DNA of 21,006 nucleotides from Fusobacteriota bacterium (GCA_051746725.1 JBNJFI010000029.1:1-21006); one strand, 5' to 3'. Shown: positions 8,688-17,429, counted from the first letter of the stretch. Notes: a model not told the origin generated them from the sequence alone. A program made the numbers and translations.

Positions 8688-9821
8688 ATGAAAAAGAAGT
8701 TTTTAATATTTTTATTTTTATCAACAAGTTTTTTAAGTTTAGGAATTGATTTTAATGTAAAATCTGAAGCTGCTGTTTTAATCGATCAAAAAGCAGGAAG
8801 AGTCTTTTTTGGAAAAAACGCAGATAAGCCGATGCCCATTGCTAGTATAACCAAAGTTATGTCTCTATTGGTTACTTTGGAGGCTATAGAGGAACAAAAA
8901 ATAGGGCTTGATACTAATATTACTATTAGCAAATACGCAGCTGGTATGGGAGGATCTCAAATATGGCTAGCTCCAAATGAAAAGATGAGTGTTAGGGATT
9001 TATTAAAAGCTGTTTCTGTTGTTTCTGCAAATGATGCAGTAGTTGCGCTGGCAGAAGCAACCTACGGAAGTGAAGAGATATTTTTAAATAAAATGAATGA
9101 TAAAGCTGGAGAATTAGGTTTGAAAAACACTATTTTTTTTAACTCTAATGGACTTCCAGAAGCAAAAGATAATTATAGTACTGCAAGAGAAATTGCAATT
9201 ATTTCAAGGGAGTTAATTGCTAAATATCCATTTGTTTTAGAAAACACTTCTATATGGGTAGATTATTTACGAGATGGAGAATCTTTTTTGAGAAATACCA
9301 ATGAGTTAGTTAGCACAACGGATTATATAGATGGCTTAAAAACTGGTTTTACTAATGAAGCTGGATTTTGTATAGCGTCAACGGGGTCTAAAAATGGAAA
9401 TAGATTTATAGCTGTTATTTTAAATGCTCCTAGATCTGATATAAGATTTAAAGAAGCCAAAAAATTAATTGATTATGGGATATATAATGTTAGATATGTG
9501 AACATTGTCAAAAAAGATCAAGAGGTTGGTAAATTAAAAGTATTAAAAGGAAAAGAATCTGAAGTAGAAGTCTTAGCTGGAGATTCTCTTGTGGTACCAC
9601 TTTTATATGGTGAAAAGGACAAATTAACAACTGAAAAAGAAATTAAAACAGATATAGAAGCGCCTATCAAAAAAGGTGAAGTGCTTGGTTTTGTGAGTAT
9701 TTATAATGGAAAAGAAAAGATGGGAACTGTAGAAATAACTGCAAAAGATAATATAGAAAAAGCTAATGTATTTATTTTATTATTTAGATATACAATGAAC
9801 TTTTTTAAAAATTTAGTATAA
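8688..9821 (+). CDS. D-alanyl-D-alanine carboxypeptidase (PBP5/DacA/DacF family, peptidase S11)
   Basis: SxxK (ASITK), SxN (SAN) and KTG (GLKTGFT) motifs, signal peptide MKKKFLIFLFLS, and a C-terminal PBP5_C-like domain with an amphipathic tail. Start 8688 is preferred because GGAGG lies at 8678-8682; 8676 is the alternative. Confidence 0.92.
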   Translation: MKKKFLIFLFLSTSFLSLGIDFNVKSEAAVLIDQKAGRVFFGKNADKPMPIASITKVMSLLVTLEAIEEQKIGLDTNITISKYAAGMGGSQIWLAPNEKMSVRDLLKAVSVVSANDAVVALAEATYGSEEIFLNKMNDKAGELGLKNTIFFNSNGLPEAKDNYSTAREIAIISRELIAKYPFVLENTSIWVDYLRDGESFLRNTNELVSTTDYIDGLKTGFTNEAGFCIASTGSKNGNRFIAVILNAPRSDIRFKEAKKLIDYGIYNVRYVNIVKKDQEVGKLKVLKGKESEVEVLAGDSLVVPLLYGEKDKLTTEKEIKTDIEAPIKKGEVLGFVSIYNGKEKMGTVEITAKDNIEKANVFILLFRYTMNFFKNLV

Positions 9822-9863
9822 AATTTAGTGTCAAAATCTATGCAAGGCTATTAAAAATAATAG

Positions 9864-9892
9864 TTGACATTTGTACTGAAATTAGATATTAT
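9864..9892 (+). promoter_or_regulatory. Sigma70 promoter for the alaS-ruvX-secDF operon
   Basis: Consensus -35 TTGACA (9864-9869), a 17-nt spacer and -10 TATTAT (9887-9892), 47 nt upstream of the alaS ATG. Confidence 0.75.
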
Positions 9893-9939
9893 ATACTAAA
9901 ATAAGACTATGAAGATTTAAAGAGAGGAGAAAAAGAGCA

Positions 9940-12537
9940 ATGCTTTCAAGTAATGAAATACGGAATAAATTTATAAACTTTTTTGAAAAGAAAGGACATA
10001 AAGCATATGAAAGTGCTTCGCTTATTCCTGATGATCCCACTTTGCTACTTACAGTTGCTGGAATGGTTCCCTATAAGAAATATTTTATGGGAAAAGAAGA
10101 ACCTGAACATACAAGAGTAGTATCTTGTCAAAAATGTATGAGAACAAATGATTTAGAAAATGTTGGGAAAACAGCAAGACATCATACCTTTTTTGAAATG
10201 TTAGGTAATTTTTCCTTTGGAGATTATTTCAAAAAAGATGCAATAAAATGGTCTTGGGAATTTATAACAGAAGAGTTGGGTTTAAAAAAAGAGGATTTAT
10301 GGATATCTGTATATAAAGACGATAATGAATCTGTTAAAATTTGGAATGAAGAGATTGGTGTTCCTTTGGAAAAAATAGCTAAAATGGGAGAAAAAGATAA
10401 CTTTTGGACAGCTGGACCAACGGGTTCTTGTGGACCTTGCAGTGAAATATATATAGATTTAGGTGAAGAAAGAGGATGTGGTTCTCCTGACTGTGCAGTT
10501 GGTTGTGATTGTGATAGATATATGGAAATTTGGAATTTGGTATTTACTGAGTATGATCGCCTAGAAGACGGTTCTCTAAAACCTCTTCCTAAAAAAAATA
10601 TAGATACAGGGATGGGTTTAGAAAGAATAGCATCTGTATTACAAGGAGTAAAAACAAATTTTGATACAGATTTATTAAAGCCAATAATAAAAAAAATAAC
10701 TGAGATAACAAATACTAAATATAATGATAATAAGGACCATGATTTTTCCATTAGAGTTATAGCAGATCATATAAGGTCTATTATATTTCTGATAAGTGAT
10801 GGAGTATTACCTTCAAATGATGGTAGAGGTTATGTTTTAAGAAGAATTTTAAGAAGAGCTGTTAGACATGGAAGATTATTAAATTATGAAGAAGAGTTTT
10901 TATATTTATTAGTAGATAAAGTCGTAGAACTAATGAAAGGGACTTATTCTGAATTAGAAAAACAAAAGGAACATATAAAAAAAATAATTTCAATAGAAGA
11001 AAAAAAGTTTGCTAAAACTTTAGATCAAGGAATTGAGATTGCTCAAAATGAGATACAGAAAATCAAAAAAGAAAATGAAGATAAAATTGACTCTAAAATA
11101 GTATTCAAATTATATGATACGTATGGTTTTCCATATGAGCTTACTGAAGAGATTTGTCAAGAAAACAATATAAAAATAAATTTCGACGAATTTAAAAAAG
11201 AGATGGAAAAACAAAAGATGAGAGCAAGGGGTTCTAGAGAAGTGATAAAAGAAAAACTCGAGGAAAAATTTATCACTGATTTATATGATGAATATGGAAA
11301 AACTGAATTTGTTAGCGATTCAAATAAAGAGATTATAGGAAAAATATTATATATTGATAAGGTTGAAAATGATAAATATGATATTGTTTTTGATAAGACT
11401 CCATTTTACGCAGAATCAGGTGGTCAAATATATGATACAGGTCAAGTGGTTAAAGAAGGTGCTTTAGGAGAAGTTATTTTAGTTAGTAAGCGTAAAGGGA
11501 TGTTTTTTCATAGGGTTAAAACAGATTCCGAGTTTAAAAAAGGAGATACTCTAGAATTAAAAATAAATAAAATTCGACGAAATAAAATAACTAAAAATCA
11601 TACAGCAACTCATCTGTTGCATTCAGCTTTACATGAAGTAGTCGGAGAACATGTTCATCAGAAGGGATCTTCTGTGGATTCCGAAAGACTGAGGTTTGAT
11701 TTTTCTCATTATTCTGGATTGAATCAGGAAGAATTGGAAGAGATAGAGAGAATTGTAAATAATTGGGTATTAGATAACAAAAAAGTTGAAATAACAGAAG
11801 AAAAACTAGAAGATGCTAAAAATATGGGGGCTCAAGCATTATTTTCAGATAAATATGGTGAAAAAGTAAGAGTGGTTAATATACCTGAAACGTCTATTGA
11901 ATTGTGTGGAGGTACTCATGTTAAGAGAACTGGAGATATTGGATTATTTAAAATAATATCCTCATCTGGAATTTCTTCAGGGGTTAGAAGGATAGAAGCA
12001 ATAACAGGGATGAAAACTCTAGAATATATCAGAAACTTAGAATATGATAGAGAAAAAATTTCAGAATTATTGAAAACTGATGAGAACAGTTTAGAAGAGA
12101 AAATACGATCAAATTTAGAAGAAAAAAAGAACCTTGAAAGAGAAATTGAAAGTTTAGAAAGCAAACTTGCTTCTTATAAAGTTAATGACTTTTTAGAAGA
12201 TCCAATGGAGATAAATGGAGCTAAAGTTATAATAAAAGATTTTAAGGATCAAGATGTATCTAGTTTAAGAAAAATGATAGATAAAGCATTAAATAGCTTA
12301 GATTCTAGCGTAGTTATATTAGGTTCAAATAATGGAAATGCAATATTTTTAGTAGGTATAACCGAAGATCTAGTTTCTAAGGGATTAAATGCAGGGAAGT
12401 TAGTTAGTGAAATAGCCAAAAAAGCTGGAGGAAATGGAGGAGGACGTCCTAATTTTGCTCAAGCCGGTGGAAAAAACGGAAATAAAGTAAAAGAAGCTTT
12501 AAAGTTTGCAAGAGAATTAATTAAGGAAAAGTTATGA
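9940..12537 (+). CDS. alaS: Alanine--tRNA ligase
   Basis: HHTFFEMLGNFSFGDYFK, GPCSEI, IDTGMGLER, ADHIR, LYDTYGFP, TPFYAESGGQ, editing motifs HTATH and ELCGGTH, and GGNGGG C-Ala domain. Confidence 0.98.
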   Translation: MLSSNEIRNKFINFFEKKGHKAYESASLIPDDPTLLLTVAGMVPYKKYFMGKEEPEHTRVVSCQKCMRTNDLENVGKTARHHTFFEMLGNFSFGDYFKKDAIKWSWEFITEELGLKKEDLWISVYKDDNESVKIWNEEIGVPLEKIAKMGEKDNFWTAGPTGSCGPCSEIYIDLGEERGCGSPDCAVGCDCDRYMEIWNLVFTEYDRLEDGSLKPLPKKNIDTGMGLERIASVLQGVKTNFDTDLLKPIIKKITEITNTKYNDNKDHDFSIRVIADHIRSIIFLISDGVLPSNDGRGYVLRRILRRAVRHGRLLNYEEEFLYLLVDKVVELMKGTYSELEKQKEHIKKIISIEEKKFAKTLDQGIEIAQNEIQKIKKENEDKIDSKIVFKLYDTYGFPYELTEEICQENNIKINFDEFKKEMEKQKMRARGSREVIKEKLEEKFITDLYDEYGKTEFVSDSNKEIIGKILYIDKVENDKYDIVFDKTPFYAESGGQIYDTGQVVKEGALGEVILVSKRKGMFFHRVKTDSEFKKGDTLELKINKIRRNKITKNHTATHLLHSALHEVVGEHVHQKGSSVDSERLRFDFSHYSGLNQEELEEIERIVNNWVLDNKKVEITEEKLEDAKNMGAQALFSDKYGEKVRVVNIPETSIELCGGTHVKRTGDIGLFKIISSSGISSGVRRIEAITGMKTLEYIRNLEYDREKISELLKTDENSLEEKIRSNLEEKKNLEREIESLESKLASYKVNDFLEDPMEINGAKVIIKDFKDQDVSSLRKMIDKALNSLDSSVVILGSNNGNAIFLVGITEDLVSKGLNAGKLVSEIAKKAGGNGGGRPNFAQAGGKNGNKVKEALKFARELIKEKL

Positions 12538-12944
12538 AAATATTAGCCTTAGATGTTGGAGATGTAAGAATTGGAGTAGCTAAATCTGATGCACTTGGAA
12601 TAATAGCAGCTCCCATGGAAGTTATAAAACGAAAAGAGATAGATCCTTACGATAGAATAAACGAGATTATTAAAAAGGAAAATATAAACAAAATTGTAAT
12701 TGGTATACCTTATAGTTTAGACGGAACAGAAAAGCGCCAGGCTGAAAAAGTAAGAGAATTTATAGATGAATTAAAACAAAGATTAGGTAAGATAGAAATA
12801 ATAACAGTAGATGAAAGATATACTACAGTAGCTGCAGACAATATGTTAAAAGAAACTACTAATAAAGGTGCTATAGAAAAAAGAAAGGTAGTCGATAAAA
12901 TAGCTGCAAGTATTATTCTTCAAACCTATTTAAATAGGAATTAA
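12534..12944 (+). CDS. ruvX: YqgF/RuvX-family nuclease (pre-16S rRNA processing / putative Holliday junction resolvase)
   Basis: LALDVGDVRIGVA, VIGIP, VDERYTT and VDKIAASIILQ motifs. ATGA overlap with alaS in the familiar alaS-ruvX arrangement. Confidence 0.95.
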   Translation: MKILALDVGDVRIGVAKSDALGIIAAPMEVIKRKEIDPYDRINEIIKKENINKIVIGIPYSLDGTEKRQAEKVREFIDELKQRLGKIEIITVDERYTTVAADNMLKETTNKGAIEKRKVVDKIAASIILQTYLNRN

Positions 12945-12986
12945 TAAATACTGGGTAATGCTAAAAAATTTAAAGGAGGAACAATT

Positions 12987-14219
12987 GTGGAGTTAGGAAG
13001 ATCATTAATTGTAAAATTGCTATTAATAGTGGCAGTCATTGTAACTGCCGGATGGCAGACATGGAAGTTTAGACAGGATCCAAAGTTAGGACTGGATTTA
13101 AAGGGTGGGGTTTATGTGGTACTTGAAGCTCAACCAGTAGAAGGAGAAAAAGTAACAAGTGGAGATATGAGTCGTTTAGTTACTGTTTTAGACAGAAGAG
13201 TTAATAGTTTAGGGGTAACAGAACCGACTATTCAAAGAAGTGGAGAGAACAGAGTAATAGTAGAATTACCAGGTGTAAAAGATTCTCAAGAGGCAATTGA
13301 TTTAATTGGGAAAACAGCACTTTTAGAATTTAGATTATTAGAGAACGGTAAATTAGGAGAACCATTATTAACAGGAAAAGAATTAAAAAAAGCAACAGTT
13401 AGTTTTGATAATATAGGAAGACCTCAAATCGGGTTTGAATTAACTGTAAAAGGTGCTAAAGTTTTTGCCAATATAACAGGAGAAAACATCGGTAAACAAC
13501 TTGCAATAACTTTAGATGGAAAACAGCAAACAGCTCCGACTATTCAAAGTGAAATTCCAGGAGGAAAAGGAGTAATAACTGGAAGTTACACAACAGAAGA
13601 AGCTAAAAACTTAGCTGCTTTATTAAATGCAGGGGCTTTACCAGTTGATGTTGAATTACTTGAAACAAGATCAGTGGGAGCAAGCTTAGGGACTGAATCT
13701 ATTGAACAAAGTTATCGAGCAGGGATTTTAGGAGCAATATTAATAATGGTGTTCATGGTAGTTTGGTATAGATTACCTGGATTAGTAGCAGATTTGGCTT
13801 TAATAATATTTGCAATTATTACATTTGGAACACTTAACTTTTTTGGAGCAACATTGACATTACCAGGAGTAGTTGGGTTTATACTTTCTGTTGGGATGGC
13901 AGTAGATGCAAATGTGATTATATTTGAAAGAATAAAAGAAGAGATGAGATTAGGAAAAAGTGTATTAGCGTCGATATCAGATGGGTTTAACAAGGCATTT
14001 TTAGCTATATTTGACTCAAATGTAACCACTTTGATAATTACTATGATATTATTTGTCTTGGGAACAGGTCCAATTAAGGGCTTTGCTGTTACTTTGTCTA
14101 TAGGTATTTTGGCAAGTATGTTTACAGCAATATTAATAACGCGAGTTTTATTAAGAGGATTTGTATACTTATTTAAAATAAAAAATCCAGCTCTATTTGG
14201 TGTAGGAGGTAAGAAATAA
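12987..14219 (+). CDS. secD: Protein translocase subunit SecD
   Basis: LGLDLKGG, RVNSLGVTEP, RVIVELPG, VGASLG, GMAVDANVIIFERIKEE, DSNVTT and IKGFAVTL. GTG start with SD AAGGAGG. Confidence 0.97.
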   Translation: MELGRSLIVKLLLIVAVIVTAGWQTWKFRQDPKLGLDLKGGVYVVLEAQPVEGEKVTSGDMSRLVTVLDRRVNSLGVTEPTIQRSGENRVIVELPGVKDSQEAIDLIGKTALLEFRLLENGKLGEPLLTGKELKKATVSFDNIGRPQIGFELTVKGAKVFANITGENIGKQLAITLDGKQQTAPTIQSEIPGGKGVITGSYTTEEAKNLAALLNAGALPVDVELLETRSVGASLGTESIEQSYRAGILGAILIMVFMVVWYRLPGLVADLALIIFAIITFGTLNFFGATLTLPGVVGFILSVGMAVDANVIIFERIKEEMRLGKSVLASISDGFNKAFLAIFDSNVTTLIITMILFVLGTGPIKGFAVTLSIGILASMFTAILITRVLLRGFVYLFKIKNPALFGVGGKK

Positions 14220-15100
14220 TGAAATTAGACATAATAAAAAATCAAAAAATATTTTTAGGGATTTCAATTTTCGTTATAGCTATTGCAGTATTTTCAATGG
14301 CATTTAAAAATCTTAATTATGGAATAGACTTTACAGGTGGTAGTTTATTTCAATTAAAATTTGAAAATAATGTAGAACTAGAAGACCTAAATGGAGTTTT
14401 AGATGAGATTTCAAAAGAATATAATGAAGTAGGTTATAGGAAAGTTCAGATATCTGAAGGAAATACGGCTTTTATAAGAACAGCACCTATGAGTGAAGAA
14501 AGTAAAAAAGGAATGCTTTTAGAGATTGAAAATCAATATAATAAATTTGAAATAATGAAATCTGAAAAAGTCGGAGCTACAATCGGGAAAGAATTAAAAT
14601 GGAAAGCAATTAATGCCTTACTTATAGCAGGTCTTTTAATAGTACTGTATATTACATTTAGATTTGAGTTAAAGTTTGCAATAGCTGCTCTAATAGCATT
14701 ATTTCATGATGTAATAATAGCGGTTGGTTTAATAGCACTAATTGGGTTAGAGGTAAATACTCCTTTTATAGCTGCTGTTCTAACAATCTTAGGTTATTCA
14801 ATCAATGATACAATAGTTGTATTTGATAGAATAAGAGAAAATGTCAAAAACAAGCCAGAAAGCAGTTTAAAAGATGTTATAAATTATAGTATAGGACAAG
14901 TATTTCAAAGATCAATTAATACATCAGTTACCACTTTATTAGCAATAATTGCTTTACTTATATTTGGAGGAGCTACTATTCAAACGATAGTTATGACTTT
15001 ATTGATAGGAGTTCTAGCGGGGACTTATTCTTCAATATTTGTTGCAAGTCCTGCTATTTATATATTAGAGCACCATGGTAGAGATAAAATAAAACAATAA
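14219..15100 (+). CDS. secF: Protein translocase subunit SecF
   Basis: GIDFTGG, VGATIG, HDV, GYSINDTIVVFDRIRE, RSINTSVTT and GTYSSIFVA. TAATG overlap with secD. Confidence 0.97.
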   Translation: MKLDIIKNQKIFLGISIFVIAIAVFSMAFKNLNYGIDFTGGSLFQLKFENNVELEDLNGVLDEISKEYNEVGYRKVQISEGNTAFIRTAPMSEESKKGMLLEIENQYNKFEIMKSEKVGATIGKELKWKAINALLIAGLLIVLYITFRFELKFAIAALIALFHDVIIAVGLIALIGLEVNTPFIAAVLTILGYSINDTIVVFDRIRENVKNKPESSLKDVINYSIGQVFQRSINTSVTTLLAIIALLIFGGATIQTIVMTLLIGVLAGTYSSIFVASPAIYILEHHGRDKIKQ

Positions 15101-15117
15101 AGGAGGTGGGTTGTAAA

Positions 15118-15324
15118 ATGAGATATAATCCAGAAACAATAGGAAATAATAGCGGTAAAATATGGGAAGTTTTAAATGGATCTGAAGAAGCAAACATAAG
15201 TGAGCTAACTCGGAAAACAAATTTAAAAAAAGAAGATGTTTTATTAGCTATTGGTTGGCTATCTAGTGAAGGTAAATTAGATGCAACCAAAAAAGGAAGA
15301 GGAGTTAAATTTAAATTGAAGTAA
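15118..15324 (+). CDS. Small winged helix-turn-helix protein (DUF2582-like)
   Basis: 'IGNNSGKIWEVLN...ISELTRKTNLKKEDVLLAIGWLSSEGKL' matches my recollection of the DUF2582 pattern (IG.NAG.IW..L...LAIGWLARE.K). ATG 15118 is preferred because SD AGGAGGTG lies at 15101-15108. Confidence 0.78.
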   Translation: MRYNPETIGNNSGKIWEVLNGSEEANISELTRKTNLKKEDVLLAIGWLSSEGKLDATKKGRGVKFKLK

Positions 15325-15330
15325 CATTAA

Positions 15331-15365
15331 AAACTACCAGGGCAAATGCTCTGGTAGTTTAATGT
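15331..15365 (+). terminator. Probable intrinsic terminator ending the alaS-secDF-wHTH operon
   Basis: AAACTACCAGGGC-aaat-GCTCTGGTAGTTT forms a 13-bp stem with one G-U pair, starting 6 nt after the stop codon. Confidence 0.75.
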
Positions 15366-15395
15366 CTTAAATTTTATATATAGGAGGGGGGAACA

Positions 15396-16490
15396 ATTAG
15401 ACTAAAAGCAGTAATTGATCTAGATAAATTAAGAAAAAATTTGAATAAAATAAAGAAAATCACCTCTGATAAGAAAATATTTGCTGTGGTTAAGGCAAAT
15501 GGATACGGTCACGGAATGATAGAAATATCCAAAGAAATAGAAGAAGAAGTGGAATTATTTGCTGTTTCATCATTAAAAGAAGCTAAAAAATTATTGAAAA
15601 GTGGTATAAAGAAAGAAATTTTAATTTTAGGGGGAATCCATCTAGATAAATTAAAAGAGGCATCATCATATAAACAAATCCGTATAGGGATTTCAAATGA
15701 AGATGAACTAAAATATATGAAAAATAATAAGATAAAAACAACTATACATATAAATATCGATACTGGAATGGGGCGTCTAGGTTTTTCTTCCTCAGAGATT
15801 AAAAAAGTTATAAAATATATTAAGAAAAACAAGTTAGGAAAAATTGAAGGGATTTTTACTCATTTTTCTTCAGCTGATGATTCACTTGAATATACTAAAA
15901 ATCAAATTAAACAATTTAGAAATATTCAAAGAAATTTTAAGGGCGTTAAATATATACATATATCTAATAGTGCTGGTATTATAAATATAAATGATGACAT
16001 ATATAACAGTATTCGACCTGGGATATTACTTTATGGAATAGTGCCATTTGATTCAAAATTTACTAAAGAATTTGAACCTATTTTAACATTAAAAAGTAAG
16101 ATATTGAATATAAAAAAGATAAAAAAAGCAAGCTATATAGGATATAATCGAAATTATAAAGCTAAAAGAGGTGAAAAAATTGCTACGATATCTGCTGGGT
16201 ATGGAGATGGTTTAAGTAGAAGATTATCTAACAGAGGATACGTTATGTTAAAAGGTAAAAGATGTGATATAGTGGGTAATATTTGTATGGATCACATGAT
16301 GATCAGTATAAATCCGAAAATCAAAGATGCTGGTGTAGGAGATGAAGTAACTTTGATAGGGGAAGGTGTATTGGCAAAAAAGGTTGCTGAAATTATAGAT
16401 ACGATACCTTATGAAGTCTTAACTCAGTTAAATGATAGAGTTAATAGGGTTTATATAAATAAAGGAGAAAAAAATGGGAGCAATACATAA
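15396..16490 (+). CDS. alr: Alanine racemase (probable ATT start at 15396; the ORF track uses TTG 15441)
   Basis: PLP-lysine motif AVVKANGYGHG, DTGMGRLG, THFSSAD, HISNSAG, RPGILLYG, GYGDG, GNICMD and TIPYEVLT. The in-frame upstream codons give the expected N-terminus (M)RLKAVIDLDKLRKNL. Confidence 0.95.
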   Translation: MRLKAVIDLDKLRKNLNKIKKITSDKKIFAVVKANGYGHGMIEISKEIEEEVELFAVSSLKEAKKLLKSGIKKEILILGGIHLDKLKEASSYKQIRIGISNEDELKYMKNNKIKTTIHINIDTGMGRLGFSSSEIKKVIKYIKKNKLGKIEGIFTHFSSADDSLEYTKNQIKQFRNIQRNFKGVKYIHISNSAGIININDDIYNSIRPGILLYGIVPFDSKFTKEFEPILTLKSKILNIKKIKKASYIGYNRNYKAKRGEKIATISAGYGDGLSRRLSNRGYVMLKGKRCDIVGNICMDHMMISINPKIKDAGVGDEVTLIGEGVLAKKVAEIIDTIPYEVLTQLNDRVNRVYINKGEKNGSNT

Positions 16491-16980
16491 TAAGATCAAA
16501 AAAGTTAAACCAAATACCATTACAATAATAGATCTGATATTAGTAGGGGTATTATTTTTGGTTATGAAAACTTATTTTACCCAGGAAAAACCCATAAAAA
16601 AAAAAATAAAAAGTGATAAAATAGAGTATATAATAAATTTAAATAAATATGAATATACTAGAGATGAATTTTTAATTATAAATATAAATTTGAGAAATAA
16701 AACTAAAGAAAAAGTTGAAATTCCAATAGAAAAACAGGTTTTGTTTAATTATGAAATAATAAAGGATAACGAACTTATTTATAAAAGAGATTATATCGAA
16801 AAAAATAGAAATCAGATAAAAAAAATCGTCTTGCCAGCAAGAACAACAACAACTCTTAGCTCTCAATGGTTTTGGGAAGATATAGAATCTGGAATATATG
16901 ATATATTAGTATATAGCCATGATTTCAATTTCAAAACAAAACTGAAATTTAAAGTATTAGGAGATGAAAAAAATGAATAA
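16474..16980 (+). CDS. Hypothetical membrane-anchored protein with a probable Ig-like (BsuPI-like) beta-sandwich domain
   Basis: One N-terminal TM segment (IIDLILVGVLFLVM), then alternating beta-strand patterns (INLRNKTKEKVEI...FNYEII...IVLPARTTTTLSSQW...SGIYDILV). SD AAGGAG upstream, overlapping the alr 3' end. Confidence 0.6.
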   Translation: MGAIHNKIKKVKPNTITIIDLILVGVLFLVMKTYFTQEKPIKKKIKSDKIEYIINLNKYEYTRDEFLIININLRNKTKEKVEIPIEKQVLFNYEIIKDNELIYKRDYIEKNRNQIKKIVLPARTTTTLSSQWFWEDIESGIYDILVYSHDFNFKTKLKFKVLGDEKNE

Positions 16981-17428
16981 AAAAAGAAATATAATTATGA
17001 TTTTCTTGTTTTTTTTACTAAATAGTTTTTTGTTCTCGGAATTTGAAGATGTTTCAAATTTAGAAAAAATAATTTATGGATTTACTTATACAAACTCAAA
17101 AACCTTAGAGGCTATTCCAACAATGGAAGTTCGTATGAGTAATCTAGAAAAAAAAATTTTAGGGGAAACAGGAGAGGGAAAGATTAAGTTAAGAGCAAAA
17201 AAGCTCATCCATTTTTTATATAATGATACCAAAACAAAATCAATTGTAACTAGATTAGAAAGGTTAGAAATTAGAATTTTTAGTCAAATAAATAATAGAG
17301 AAAATATATTAAGTCGAATTGAGAACATAGAAGAAAAGGCTTATGGAAAATTTTTAAGAAATAATGGAAGTATTATAGATAGACTGGAAAAACTAGAAAG
17401 TTATTTTGAAATAAAAGAGGAGAGATAA
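16973..17428 (+). CDS. Hypothetical secreted protein with about 20-aa helical repeats
   Basis: Signal-peptide-like N-terminus and repeated R(L/I/M)xxLExxxxG units. ATG 16973 is preferred because AGGAG at 16959-16963 abuts ATG 16964. Confidence 0.65.
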   Translation: MNKKRNIIMIFLFFLLNSFLFSEFEDVSNLEKIIYGFTYTNSKTLEAIPTMEVRMSNLEKKILGETGEGKIKLRAKKLIHFLYNDTKTKSIVTRLERLEIRIFSQINNRENILSRIENIEEKAYGKFLRNNGSIIDRLEKLESYFEIKEER

Positions 17429-17429
17429 A

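Noticed and set aside
9822..9939. T-box riboswitch upstream of alaS
   Set aside because: The promoter leaves only about 40 nt of leader and there is no T-box motif (GGTGGNACCGCG).
12987..14219. Short SecD (410 aa) and no adjacent yajC
   Set aside because: Compact SecD proteins with a reduced periplasmic domain and unlinked yajC are common outside Proteobacteria. All core motifs are intact.
16596..16606. A11 homopolymer as a phase-variation tract
   Set aside because: The ORF is intact across it (Lys run), and long A runs are common throughout this AT-rich window.
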